A DNA stretch of 64,000 nt from NCBI GenBank assembly GCA_001949185.1, contig BDGG01000018.1:124001-188000 (forward strand). Reading direction: 5' to 3'. This document shows positions 25,312-38,126 of this stretch, piece by piece. Source of the DNA: Ramazzottius varieornatus. Lineage: Eukaryota > Animalia > Tardigrada. The notes under the pieces were generated by a model. The model was not told where the DNA came from. It saw only the letters and a program-made list of their open reading frames with translations, and ran no database searches. Within the stretch, counting starts at the first letter, position 1, and each line of letters starts with the position of its first letter. The position numbers and the translations under genes were made by a program.

Positions 25312-27188
25312 ATGGCGCCACATATTTCCTCCTACATGGGTATGGATTCCTGCTGCCAGGGAGAACCCGAATATCCCCTGAAGGACAAGTCAGCCATGGC
25401 TGGGCCTAAGCCAATGACCTACGCCAGCCGCAGACTGCGCTACATGCACAGTGGTCGATCCAATTCGGATCGACGACCCAGTGTCCAGCGGGAACGCGAT
25501 CTTGACAACTATTCCCACCGGAGGACGGCCTCCTTGTTCGCCAAAGTTAGCGAGAAGCAGAAGCAGCTGGCGCAGGACGCAGCCGCCCTAACTTCGGGCG
25601 CCTTTCACATCCTCAACCATGTCATACGCCTGACGGAGGAGGAAGTGGCCCAAGGCAAGCTGCAGCTCAAATACTCCTCCAGGTCCGATGAGTACAAACG
25701 CCCCACCGCTCCCACCTTCTTCAAAGGACAAAGAGGTAAGGATGACCAGCACAACAATTTGCTCGTCCACAGTAAGAGAAAAGGCTTTTCTACGCCTGTA
25801 CCAATGAAGGCATCCGTTGGGCGTTGGCAGATGAGGCAGTTAAGTTTAAGGCTTCTTCCCCACCTTCTTGGCAAATCCCATTACTTATCGCACTACTCCT
25901 TGTAGGTTTTTTTGTCAAGTTTATCAGAGTTTGAATGATGATATAAAGCTGAATCTCTTGTGTTAATAGAGCTTGATTTTTGAAAAGGTGTCGAACACAA
26001 GGTTTTAGTGTGTTGATGGATAGGTAACCACCCCTCGTGACATGTCCAAAAATAGACGTGTTATTGGGGGGCTGGACTTGTTGATTTAAGGAGGTCTGGC
26101 CGCTAAAGAGCCGACATTTACCATCGATTTCAAGTGGGAATTGATAGGGCCCATCAAGACTGCTTGGTTACAAGGCAGTCATGTGTTGTTATTTCAGGGT
26201 GGAACAGTTTGGTCTTTGCCGAGCGCAATATGGAGCTGGTGACGGAGCATCGGCAGATCGCCGAGACGGACAAAGTGATGGTCTATCTCTCCCGTAATCC
26301 CGGTAGCATTTCCTCCTTCATCCAGTGGAAATTTGATTTCAGCGAAACGGGTGAGTGAGCCGCTAACTTCATTACTGCGACTCAAGTGAGCACCCACTCA
26401 AAAACGGATCCTCGTCCATCACGTTTTTGCCGCTCGATCAAGCATCAGACACGATTGACTCACGTTCCCTACTCCCTGGCCATTTTCCTCCATGCCAACG
26501 CTCAGTCACTTTGAATCTACTTCGAGTCTCAGGGCAGCCAGATTCTCAGAAGGCCAGGCCCCTCTGCCCGTTCTAGTAACCCACAACATCAAACCAATCA
26601 ACCATTGCAAAGCACCACCCTGAAAACCCCCTCTCTGCTTCTTTTCTACGATGATTTTACCATGTCAGATATAGTCCACTACCCGACAGCAAATTTGATG
26701 GATACGTCTGGCCACAGTATTGCTTCCATGCATTACTCGGGCAGACCAACAAAGTAGTCAGATTTGGCGTCGGGTAGGGGGGAGTGTTTCTGACATTATA
26801 GCAAAAGTTCCAACTTTCTGACACACTGTTTGTTCTTCCTACAGGTCTGCGAGTAGATCGGTTCGGCCTTCGGTTTTTGTACGACACTTCGGAAGACGGG
26901 TGCGTTCGGGCTTTCATCAAGGCCGACACGGAGGAGCTGGAAGAGGGAGGTTCGGTCACGTCGGCCACCATGGAGGACAGCCGTGTGGCTGTCTTCTCCT
27001 CCCCCACGGTCCGCTACATTCCGGAAATACACGGCTGGAGCAAGTTCTCCCTTATAGCCGAGCTGTCCTGTAAGCGCGGATCGTGCGTCTTCCATCACTC
27101 CCAGCTGTTCCTTCAAGACCGCGCGCCCGCCTTCTTCGAGACCGATATCAAGAAATATCCCTTCAAAGTTGACATCAGCTTCTTGTGA
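25312..27188 (+). CDS. PAW-domain (NGLY1/PNGase C-terminal mannose-binding) protein lacking the catalytic core; exons 25312-25735, 26198-26350, 26845-27188
   Basis: LQLKYSSRSDEY, GWNSLVF, ETDKVMVYLSRNPGS..FIQWKFDF, GLRVD, LIAELS..G..HHSQLFLQ align to the NGLY1 PAW domain. An in-frame TGA lies immediately before the ATG. Confidence 0.8.
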
Positions 27189-28323
27189 AGAGCACACCAC
27201 CGCTCTTTTTATACTCCTTCTCACATTCCACCTTGTTTGTCTATCGCTCAGGGATAGTGACTGTGTATACAGACGAACGTGCTTCTCTTGTACATACGCC
27301 CATTCTGTCAGGGATAAATCGCACCTGTTCCCCCACCAAAAATAGCTTTTATCCTACATTCGTCCAAGCCGGAATTCGGAGTACTATCTCAAATACTGCT
27401 CTGATTTCTCCTTTACGATGAAATTTGAGGAGAACTTGGCCGGTAGTGTATTGTCAACAGAAGGTTGAGGCCCGGAAATCGACTGCATGAACGCTCTTAC
27501 CATGCCAAGGACCATTAGACTTTACGGCTTCTCAGGATGGCATTATGGGCCAAATGTCATTTCCTTGTACGCTTGACGCGTACGGGGCAATGCAATTGCA
27601 CTTTACTACCCAAGATTAGCGATGGTGTAAATGGCTTTTCCGCTAAGATTGAAATCTACAATAATATCGCTGAAGGTCACTTATTGCGGCATCATTATAT
27701 CATCATATGCTGTGTTTCTCCTCAAAGTGACGTCTCATTAAAGCCGCCAACAAGACGTGCGCAGCTGTGATGAGGACCGATGACTTTTCGTCGTATCGAT
27801 TCTTTCTCGTCGACATGGTAGCCTTTGATTTGACCTTTCGCCTCTTACCCCACAGCACAGGCATATACGTACGAGCTCTTCCGGTCCTTTGCGGTTGACG
27901 GAAGTGGCGTGTTGGTGAGGACTTTTACGCAACCCAGTTTACGTAGATTAGCAAGAATGTTTGTTTGGCCGGAGAAAAGCCCGAATAAGAACTGTTTCCC
28001 GTATTTGGCCGGCGGCTTGCTTTTTTCTTTCTGCCTTCTCATTAAACACTTCCTGAATTGTGCGGTTGAGATATCGGTCAGCCTTCAACCACGGACAGAC
28101 TTAGCTCCAGCACTTGTACTGTATTGATATGAAACACTTTTGTGAGGAAAACTCTGTCTTAGTGCAGGTAAAAGATGGAAGAAAGAAAAGAAGCCATCGA
28201 TAGGTGGCACATTAGCGTAAGGGTCAGTGGAAAGGGGATTGCAATGGAGAGGCTGGGATAAGCGCAGTGGCGTGGCCCGACAAGGCTTTCCAGCAGGTAT
28301 GTGCCTCGTTGCTTATAAGCTCA

Positions 28324-29620
28324 TTACAGTCCAGGTACCTGCAAGAAGAAATGGGACATCAGTGGCCTCCTGCATTCTCTTGGCGCTGACACAGTCTCAA
28401 GGAGCATTCATGCACGCTACAAGTTTGACATTCCGGCGGCCAAATTGATGAGCGACCCCCCTTCAACCAGTGAGCACCGTTAATTTGATCAGTGTGGCCC
28501 AGCTGGAATATTACCTTCTTGAAACACCTGCGAGCGACAACCGGTCCGCGTCTCAGTTCCTGCAATCAAATCATCATAAAGAGCCACACTGGAATTTGCT
28601 TGCACGGAGAAAAGCTTATTGACGTTCAATGATCGGTGTGTAGCCCGCCTGGGCAGGCGGATTATCGACCGCGTCAGCTTTATCCGCCTCAACGACGCTG
28701 AAGTGCTGTTTAGAGTGCGAACAAGAGAGAGGCTGTATGGAGGTAATGCATAACCCACCAAGTACATCTTGTCGTTCTTGAATTCGCGAATGTACTCGAT
28801 AAAGTTCTCCTGCTCGTCCGTCTGCCGCTGTATCAGCCGGTTGCCATCAACAAGGAAAACATTCTGTAATAACAAGGAGAAGAATACTTGACAGTAGGCC
28901 GGACGGCGATACGTCTTGTTCAGATGGCCATGGAGTGGTGGGCAACCTTCCCAGACCGTCAGGCCTTCATTACAGGGCAGACTATTACGTGGCAGACTGA
29001 AAGGTCCTGGGGGCCTTTTTGTCGCCCACCCTCGAAATGACTGGCTAAATCAGCCCAGTGATTAATGCCGGCCACCACTTACCGATATTTTCCTGCCGTC
29101 AGGTGTGGTCGTAAACCATTCGTGGCCCAGTGTAAACTTCAGCTCTTGCACAGGACGGAAATTAAGCGTCGTTTTCTGCAAAGACCCAGCGGAAATGGCC
29201 ACTCCACGCCGACGTTACGCTTTACCGCTCGAATGCACTACCGTAGTGTCAAATTGGAATATAGGTGTGAAATGTCAAATCGATCAGCGCGCCGCGCTGA
29301 GCTTACCATGTAAAAGTTGTCGCCGTCTTGACGGATTTCCACCACCGGATGTTGATCTAAGATAACCTTTAATTGTTCCTCCGTTAATTGCTGGGCTGAA
29401 AGGACAAGCCATGTGACAAGTCAATAAGATCACATCCGCTCGATCAATAGTCCGGTCCGGTGCGGTCCGGTCCGGATAAGGTGATCATAATCGGCATAGG
29501 CTAATTTGTTTACCGCTGGAGATCATTTGTACCTCGGGCTCGTTCATAAGCTTCCAGGTTGTCGTCGCTCTCGTGCTTGTAAACTCCGCTCCAGTTGTGG
29601 CTGGCCGTCTTCCGCTCCAT
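28324..29620 (-). CDS. Cytosolic fatty acid-binding protein (iLBP/FABP family), 6 exons
   Basis: Spliced product MERKTASHNWSGVYKHESDDNLEAYERAR|AQQLTEEQ..HPVVEIRQDGDNFYM|KTT..LKFTLGHEWFTTTPDGRKIS|NVFLVDGNRLIQRQ..YIREFKNDKMYL|ELRRGPVVARRCFKK|VPGL*. No signal peptide. Confidence 0.88.
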
Positions 29621-30810
29621 TGTGGGGCGGCGCTGAGCAGCTCGTAGGATGAGGTCTTCCGCTGAATACAGACAAATATCCAGCTTAGCCAATAAAAAAT
29701 GGAAGGACTTGGGCAGTTACTTCCTGGGAATGCTGGGCCGGGCAGTTAAGTACTTGAGTACCTGACTGGCCGGTTGTGATTGTAGTTTAGACGGTGCGCA
29801 CTTTGGCAAGTTTGTCTTGAGCGACTTTGATGTGCGATGATTATGGCCATGTGGAGGAGATTAAGCTGGCGCTTTAATCGCCATCACAAATAAACGAAGA
29901 AGTGCTTCTGCCTTGACGTGAATCACAAAGCCATCGAAACTGGTTTTTTTGTCGAGTGGAGGTCGGCAGCGGGGGTGGCAAGTATCGTCATCTCTTCCTT
30001 ATGAGCACAATCACTTTGTGCCGCGCCATGCATAACCATTATGACGCTTCGTACTCTCAACTCACAACCATCTTCCATTACAAAACAAACTTAAATGCTA
30101 GCTGATGTCATCGGCGTCTCTTCCTGCTGAGAATGGAGAAAGTTGGTCGCAGAAAAGAGAAACAGCTGCTCAAAATCGAAGGGCATAATTGCACAGCGGT
30201 GCTGGCAAGGGTTATGATGAAGAATCACTTCCGGCGGGGTTTGAAGTCGCCAAGTGAATGTTCCGATTATACCTCCATGTTCAAAATAAACTCATCTCCC
30301 CGACGCATATTGCTTCAAGTTCCCATTTTCTCATAAAGCACAAGGCTGCGCAATAGTGTATGTGTTTCATGCACTCGTCAGGAGACTGTAGAGAATTCCC
30401 AATTTATCGGGATTTCTGGTAAAAGGCACTCAGCTCCGCATAGCGAGTACGGGTTATTTGGTAAAAGCAAACAAGGTAGACAGAGGTATTTGGGGAAGTG
30501 TTAATTTTGATGAAATGATGGATTTATTCAATGACCGCTTTGTATTACGGTGTTCTGAAGGGTGGCTGATACCAGTCTTGACTAGTGAGAGCGAGAGACG
30601 CAGTGGCGCCTTTTCGAACATTTTCGCAGGTCAGGTCTCCGCTGAGGTGCATGTATGGTAGCCGGAGGCCATCATGCAAACCACGACCAGTCAGCTTCTG
30701 GTACACGTGGACAGAAAAGCTTGCTTCAACTATCTTTTGTCCTCTTTGTGCAAATATATACCGTCGTTATTTGACTTTGTCCGATTTCAAAGTAAGGAGC
30801 TTGCAGAAAG

Positions 30811-32400
30811 ATGTTCGGCGTACCGGCTCGTCCGCCCAGCCCGGCGCGAACAGAGATTACCTTGGTCTGCCCAAGGTCGGGCGAAGGAGCCGACGAGGAG
30901 TGCGAGTCGAAGCGGGATGTGGACATGGAAGACGAGCAGGCCTCCAACTACTCCGACCTCAACTTGATCCGCATCGTAAGTGCACCATATCGTTCGTCCC
31001 TTGAGTTTCGTCTGCCAACAAGATGTGCTGATACTGAAGTGTCGTCTGGCCTTTTGTAGGACAGGATATCATGCATCCTTAGTTGCCCCTGCAAGATACA
31101 AAGTCGACGACGGAAGAATGATGCGGGGCCTGAAGGAAAGAAACGAGCGCCTGCACGCTTGGTCCTCTCCCACAAAGTTAAAGATGTAAGACGCTCTTCA
31201 CCCACTGCTTTCTTCCAAGGCCCGACAATTTCATTGAAACTTGGTGGGCTACAACAGACAAGAACATTTGAACCTTTTGTCCTTTAGGGAATCTGCTTCC
31301 TGCTGTGTCTGCTGGACAGTGAGCGAGCCGCTCCCACCTACCTCCGTCAATGCCAAGTTGCCAAGGAGGTGCGGCTGGAGTACCATCAGTACCTGCGAGC
31401 CAATGGGGAACCTCGAGCACTGGACCTCTTCTGGTATAAGTCCAACAGGAATGCTGCTACCAGCAAGAGCCGTCCGTAACCTCTTAACCCAACAAAGACA
31501 AAACCCAACGAAGACTTAACCCAACAAAGACCTCTTAACCCAGCAAAGATATAATGACGATCATTATATCTCTTGTAGGAATATGGAGAAGGAGAAGGTT
31601 ATGCGCGACGCCCTCTTTCCACCCCTTTCCACCTACGAGTACGACGTCCAAGTGGACATTGCGCTGTCCAGCGACACAGCCGACTGGGCTCGACGGACCA
31701 ACAATGGCAAGTCCGTCCCTAGCGCACCTCAACCTTCAGCCGACAACTTCCTCTTTGCCGTCCCCCAAGACCCTCTACCCGCACAACGCAGCCTTGTCAG
31801 CCAAGAACGATCGCTCACACCAGTCAAGGCCTACACGCCGCTGTCCGACGTCAGCCAGCCACCCCTCAAGCCGCTTCCCAAAAGCCACTCGAAGAAAACT
31901 GCAACAAAAACCAAGGCCAGTTTGCAGGAGCCGCCAAACACCTGGACAGTCGAGCAAATTCTGGGAGCGACATTAAATCCCATCAAGTATGCTCGAAAGA
32001 AGATCTTCTACTTGATCAAGTGGGAAGGTTTCAGTAGTGCCGAGAATAGCTGGGAGAGCGACCTCTTACCGGGCTGTAACGATGCCATTCATGAGTTCTT
32101 TGAAATCTACGGGTAAGAACCTATTACCTTATCAATTTCCACAGCTCTTTTCAAGTATCAGGCAAACTCGTGTCCAGGAAACCCACCAAGAAGAAGCCAA
32201 AGGTTCTGTCGCCGGAAGGTGCCAAGTGGGAGGAATGGAAGACTAGGGAAATTCGCTCGGCCTCGGCTTCGCCAGAAGTCAGCCTGGCAAGGGATAGTCT
32301 ACCCCGCCTGCCTCTTCCCATCGACACGATGGAGGACCTGGAATTACCGCTAGTCAAGACTAGAGGCCGACCAAAGAAGCGTCAGCTCACCGAACTTTGA
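30811..32400 (+). CDS. Chromodomain protein with a C-terminal AT-hook; 5 exons
   Basis: WTVEQIL...FYLIKWEGFSSAENSWE..L..C.DAIHEF chromodomain and C-terminal RGRPKKR. Exon phases are consistent across the GT-AG introns. Confidence 0.8.
31481..31549. repeat. Intronic minisatellite, about 4 imperfect copies of (C)TTAACCCAACAAAGA
   Basis: Read directly from the sequence. Confidence 0.75.
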
Positions 32401-32532
32401 CAACTTTATTGCCATCGCAGTCACGGTCAAATAAAATAAAATGATTCGAACATAAGACGTTGTGCGAAGCAGCTACAAAAGAAAATGGAGAACAGCACTG
32501 GAAAGAAGCATGACTGTCTGGGCTGTACAGAT

Positions 32533-33629
32533 TTAGAAGGTAAAATTTCGCGTGTAGTCATATTCGATAGTTGGAATGACAGCTTGGACAAACTTAAGAA
32601 AGATGACCAAGTAATTGTGAACATCTAGTTCTTTACCGCCTTCGGCCACCGTCTGGATAATCTTCTTCATGACGTCGGCGTGGCGGCAGGGGTGGATAGA
32701 GGCCATGGGTGGGAGGTTGAGGTGAGGATGGCTCTCCATGGTGATGGTCTTGCGCACATGCTCGGCGCTAAAGTCTTCGTACATCTCCTCGACCGACAGC
32801 GGCTTCCGCGACTCGTTGTAGCCCATCAGCCACAGCCGCGGTGTCTGGTAGTACTTGTCGTAGGTGATGTGCAGATCGTAGGTCCGTGTCTGCTCCACAC
32901 CTTCCTCCTCATCCACCAGCTTAGACTTCATCGGCGCAGGAGCCACAATGGCTGCAAAAACACAACGTTGAAAAGATGCCTTTTCAACCTCGTACCCGTG
33001 TGTATAGCTGGCCGACTGAATGACGTCACCATAACAAGGCCGTGCCAAAGTAACTGGCCTGCCACAGGGCCGTGCCACAACACCATGTGCACTGAAATTG
33101 ATTGTTGATTACCTGCATCCTCTTGGTCCAGCATTCCACTGCTGGCAAAGTCCTCCATATCGCCCGCTTCCTCATCATCGTCCTCGTCCTCATCCTCCTC
33201 CTTCTTCCCCGACGTAGCAGCTTGCCTAATGGTCACTTTATCCATCTTGGAAGTCATGCTGCGGGTCAGGTTGCCCTCTGTGCCGTCCGGGTGCGTGTCC
33301 ACCCAGCCACCTTCCGTATCGCCTTCCACCTCGATCACCTTTTCGTCCTGTGTCGATTCCAGCTGGCGACATCTTCGGTAGCAGGGGACATTCTTGGTGA
33401 TGAGGAACTGTTTGTCGGCGGGAAGGTAGGGCTTGGTCTTGGCCGAGTCACCGGCACTCCAGTGCCACGTCGGACAGTGATGGACCAGATGGTCGCCAGC
33501 CACCACAAACTCTTCGGGCGTAATGACACCTGTCTCCCGAAACTTGGAGTCTTTCAGGACAGGCGCTAGGAACTCTGCCACTCCATGGATGTGTCCTTTC
33601 ACCGAGTTCAAGACGTCCTGCATGGCCAT
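32533..33629 (-). CDS. ATG3: Autophagy E2-like conjugating enzyme ATG3; intron 32952-33112
   Basis: [39 protein letters not shown], acidic flexible region, [20 protein letters not shown], catalytic [20 protein letters not shown]. Confidence 0.97.
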
Positions 33630-34124
33630 GATGAGCCGCGGGAAGCTTTTCCACCTGAAATATCAGCAAAGAAATGCGCGAGATAGGAAGTTTGGATTTT
33701 GGAAGACAAACTAGATTCGCTGTAACAGCCTGTATGTCCCTCCCAACCGCCGCTCGAAAACTTCGGTACGCTCTCCACTGCGGTAACGCCTTGCCCACCA
33801 AAGTGACAAATCATAGGCACGAAGCATAGTATTAAGCACTGTTTCATCTACCGATGGGTGGTAGTGGTACTTTTAGCCTCCTGGCCAACTCTTTTATGGA
33901 TTCTTTCACGGCCATAGTTCTTAGTTCGCGAGGCGGGTCAAATTGGCCGTTTTAGAGAGTTAAGATCAGCCTCGATCATTCCGCTACGGGGGAAGATCAA
34001 CTGATAGGATCTCTGATCCTCAGTATGTACGATCCTCCACACAGTCGTACGCGTGAATCCGTCCCCGGTGGTGAGCGCGCGGCAGACCGGCCAATTAACG
34101 GTCAGCTGTCAATCAGTCAAACAG

Positions 34125-34174
34125 NNNNNNNNNNNNNNNNNNNNNNNNNNNNNNNNNNNNNNNNNNNNNNNNNN
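34125..34174. other. Assembly gap (50 N)
   Basis: Run of n. Confidence 1.
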
Positions 34175-35135
34175 TCCTACCTAGAGCACTGGGCCGCAGG
34201 TCCAAAAGTACGCTGTAACTGTGCTGCGCTTATTACCAGGGCGCTGTACGCTGTGCTGTGCCGCACAAATTTCGTCAGTTCACGCGCTGCAGCTGTGCTG
34301 CAGTGCAGTACAGCGCATGCGGCCAGATTCCGTGCTCCCCTTCCTACCTGTGAGATGTGACAATTGCTTCTTCTGCAACCGAACAGCGTTTCTCCACGAG
34401 ACTACTGGCCATACACTGCGCAGCACGATCAGCTGATCGACGTCCGGTTGTCTTTTGACTTGCTCAAGTAATCAAGCGCGTGTCTGATCAGCTGATCGGT
34501 CTCATGCGAACAGCACGGTGAGCGAATCCGTGCACACATGAACCGTCCGGAACTGATTTTGGGCGTTTAAACTGTCATATCTCTAGCGCTGGCAAAACTA
34601 CGATAAAATTCGATACGATATTTTTCGATACAATATCGGCGGATATTTTACTGCGGTCTTCGATATTAGTGACTATTCGTCCGACGCTGACGATTACGAT
34701 ACAACGACGATGGCTCCTCCACGTCATCAAAAATGGGTGGAGAGTGCCTTTTTCGCAACTGTCAAGCTATCGTTTGACGATACTTCGCCAAAGTATCGTC
34801 ATGAAATTGGATGGCTATCGTTCCACTCCTACAACCGCCTCATGGCTCATCTTGGTATCATTTCAAAGAGAAAACATTCCTCTTTAGTTTGACACTCTTT
34901 GGGAGTCCAGAGAGTTACGCTGAGTGATGGAAAGTTAAATCTGGTAACAGAGGGTGAATTCCTGTTGGTATCACCAGTCACCCGTTCCGCGAGCCTGTGT
35001 CGCTACGTAAGCTTGTCTTCTGCGGCCTCCACACTTAAGCGAAAGTGTGGACGGCGTGTACGCATTGTTTTCCTTTGAATCTAGTTTCCTCTAGTCTTCG
35101 AGAATTTATCCTGGCGCCTATGATCCTCAACCAAA

Positions 35136-36180
35136 ATGGCAAAGGAATCACCCTCCACTAAGAACTTCAAGGCTATCTATCCATGATCTGGATGTCCTGG
35201 ACCTTGTGGACTCCAAGAATCCGTACTTTGGCAGCAGGCCTTCGGCATTCTGGGAGGAAATTACACGAACCGTGAACGAGGCGAAGGTAAGCCTTCCTCA
35301 CGCAACACGTTGTAAACCCAGCCTACAGCGTACACGCGTTTCTCGTTCTAGATCTTTAAGAAGCCTTTAGACAGCAGAGCCGTTATCAGCCGAGTGAACA
35401 TCTTAGTAACAGCCTTCCGTCGTGATGATTTGAAGAATGTGAAGTCCGGAACAGAAGAGCAGTATGGTCGCATCGCCGAATTGCTGACTCGAGTCGTCGC
35501 TGCTATAGATGACTCCAAGAAGCAGAAAGATGCGAAAACACAAGCCGAAACTTTCAAAAGTAAGGAACGCGACTACGCAGGTGAAGCTGTAATGGTGGTG
35601 GGGGAGAAAGGCCGTTCGGGGAGACGCAACAAAGCAGCTGATAATTTGGATGGTAGGCTTGACTAGCTGCACATGACGCCATAGTATATGCGAGTATTAC
35701 TCTGGCAATGATGGGTGGAAGCTGACGTCATGTGCAAATTTTTCAAGTCTGCTGCAACGATCTATCTGCGAATCACTGCGTATGCGCTTCTATTTTGGTT
35801 TATTTTGGGCAGATGAAGCAGAAAAGAAAGAATTTCTTCGCGAGATGGGCGGCGATGAGCAAGATTGGGGAACGGAGAAGGATTACCGGGAGAATAAGCG
35901 AGCTGAAGCTGACGAAAAGGTCGAGGACGGTGAAATCAAACCGAGGAAACCTCGAACGTCGCGTCCTAGTAGGCCGTCGGAAATGGAAGTGTCCGATGGC
36001 AAGTTCATCAAGCTGTTCAAGAAGACTGCTGAGCGCAAATATGCCTTCAAGGAAGCCGAGTCAAAGAGAGTGTATGGCCTAGAAACCAAAAAGCTGGAGC
36101 TTCGCGAAAAAGAGCTTGAGATCGAAAGGTTTCGTATCGAAATGGGATCTAAGAAGTTATACCCTCCGCTCGAGTTCTGA
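35136..36180 (+). pseudogene. Myb/SANT-like DNA-binding accessory protein of a Harbinger/PHIS-type transposon (two introns, early frameshift)
   Basis: DLDVLDLVDSKNPY..FWEEIT..|..RAVISRV..F..SGTEEQY..LL, followed by a charged coiled-coil C-terminus (KKLELREKELEIERFR). Confidence 0.7.
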
Positions 36181-36337
36181 TTGTCCTTGATTACGCGACC
36201 ACGCTTTGGTGCTGATCGTCCAGTGCTCTCCGATTAGTAAAGTTTACTTTCTCAATGCAAACATAGCTGGCGGATACGTGATTTGAATTTGCATTTGAAT
36301 ATGAATACGTGATTTGAACTGCTAGTAACAGACTTCC

Positions 36338-37470
36338 TCACGGTAAGCTCGACAAGTACTCAAACAACGTCGGAGGCTCTAAATCAAAATATTGGTTTGT
36401 TTGGTTTGGGTACAAGCGGTTATGGCAGTTGGTAAGTAGAAAAGCAACACGGTAGAGGGTATTCACTGGCTTCTCGTACATCTTCATTTGTTTTCGAAAG
36501 TCGACAAAAGCAAAGTTCTTGATAACTTCTTTGAAGTTCCATTCGACAGCCTGTCGAAGCGTCAACATCCGCGTGTTCTGTTCTTTCTTGACGCGAGTTC
36601 TTTTCTTCGTCTCGGGAAAACGGCTTGCGCAGGACTCTGTTCTTCTTCGCGTATCTGCTGTCACCAAACAAGACATACCTTCGTAGGAATCCATCTTGCT
36701 TTTCCTGAAGATCATCCCGGATCCTGCTTCGTTCAGCAGGTGACATGCATGGAGCCCCTTTGACCACCGTACAAATTCACGATCAATCCTGCAAACATAG
36801 AAAGTGAACACCAGTTCCGGTCGATAAAGTTTTCTCTGATTTAAATAAACGCGTATACGCTTACCGTTGGGAATCACAACTCAGTGCCATTTTGTGCAGT
36901 GAATTCGTTTGTTCCCGCTGAACATATGTCGCCGGAAGAGTGTTGACCGGCAAACAGGCCTGCCTGTTCCATCGATGAAACCAAACACATCTGGCACTAC
37001 TCCTGGCCCAGGCCCACCTTTCTTTGCAATGGAAAAAGTAAATTGTTCGATGTCGTCTTCCTTCAGCTATTCCTGGTCCCACGTTCGCAACACAGAAGAA
37101 GACTTGTCGATAATCCGTAAAGCGGGGTCGATGATCCGTAACACCCGAGTAGGACATCCTTGGGAACGACCGAACATCTTCCGTTGCTCCATCCATCGGT
37201 TTGGATAAGTCAGTCTCCGCAGAACAGAACACAAGCCTTCGATTCGTGAAGCTGAGTCTTTACTAGATGTTTTCACGACTTTCGGAGATCGCAATACATT
37301 TAGCAGCTGGTACAGATGTTTCCGTTTGAATCGAAAGCAGACTCGCCATTCTTCTTCGCTGTTGCGATCCAATTCGAAGGCTTCATCCCTCCAAGCGTCT
37401 TCCGCCAAGGCTTTGCTTTTACGTATACGCCGTCGCAGGACGATAAACAGCTTGTACGAGATGTGAATAC
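36338..37470 (-). pseudogene. Harbinger/PHIS-type (DDE_Tnp_4) transposase, defective
   Basis: FRFKR..L, EGLCSVLRRLTYPNRW..FGRS, FGFIDGT, GNKRIH, LFGDSRY, LRQAVEWNF..FAFVDF, LLTNC..LYPNQT.QYFDLEPPTLFEYL. Contains stops and frameshifts; no start codon found. Confidence 0.9.
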
Positions 37471-37920
37471 ACAGAGCAGTTTACGATGCGAAGACGGTGC
37501 GATTTCTATTGCAATTGCATCGAAAGCGTGATCGTAAGCGCCGAACGAATACTCACAATTCACTCGATATCGCTATTTCGATACGATATTCTCCGATACC
37601 GTATTCTCGATATATCGTACCATATCGCAGCAAAATATCGATATCTGTGGAATTTCAGTTTTTCGGAATTCCATTGGTTCAAGCCCAAAAACTCAAGAAG
37701 CCGATTTCCACATACCGTATTTGTAAGATCAAAAGCGTCAGATGCAGCAATGACATGACTATACCAAGACTTCAACCACATGGAAACCTGGACAGAATTA
37801 GAACCAGAATCGAGCGGGCGGAGTGTGCTCGGTTCACCATGGCCGAAATCAAGTCTTTGAAATCAACCATGGTCTTCCGTGAACAAGATCTCACAGGCGA
37901 GTTTACCATTCAGCAGTATA

Positions 37921-38126
37921 CTTTAAACTACCGATGGAGTGGGACAAGATTGGTCCGGGTCCGTGTAAAAATACAGGCTGGAACTAGCGGAGTCTGCTGT
38001 AATCTGTGATGTCATATCGATCAGCTGATCGGTACACACGTTTACCAGATATTTCACCCACGATCCGGGAAGCGTTTTTCCACGCACCCGGACCCAGTCC
38101 TGTCCCACTGGGTCGGTAGTTTAAAG
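37921..38126. mobile_element. TA-flanked MITE nested in the right end of the composite element
   Basis: ta|CTTTAAACTACCGA...TCGGTAGTTTAAAG|ta, with an imperfect TIR of about 50 bp and a central GATCAGCTGATC. Confidence 0.8.

Noticed and set aside
21616-27188. Functional glycan-processing cluster of the GH114-like and PAW genes
   Set aside because: One product is secreted and the other looks cytosolic, with different expected sugars. Adjacency alone is not evidence in an animal genome.
28324-29620. SAHS (secreted heat-soluble) assignment for the FABP
   Set aside because: No signal peptide, and the exon structure and motifs fit a cytosolic FABP.
32952-33112. Extensions of the two ATG3 ORFs in the ORF track
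   Set aside because: Intron read-through; splicing gives a canonical ATG3.
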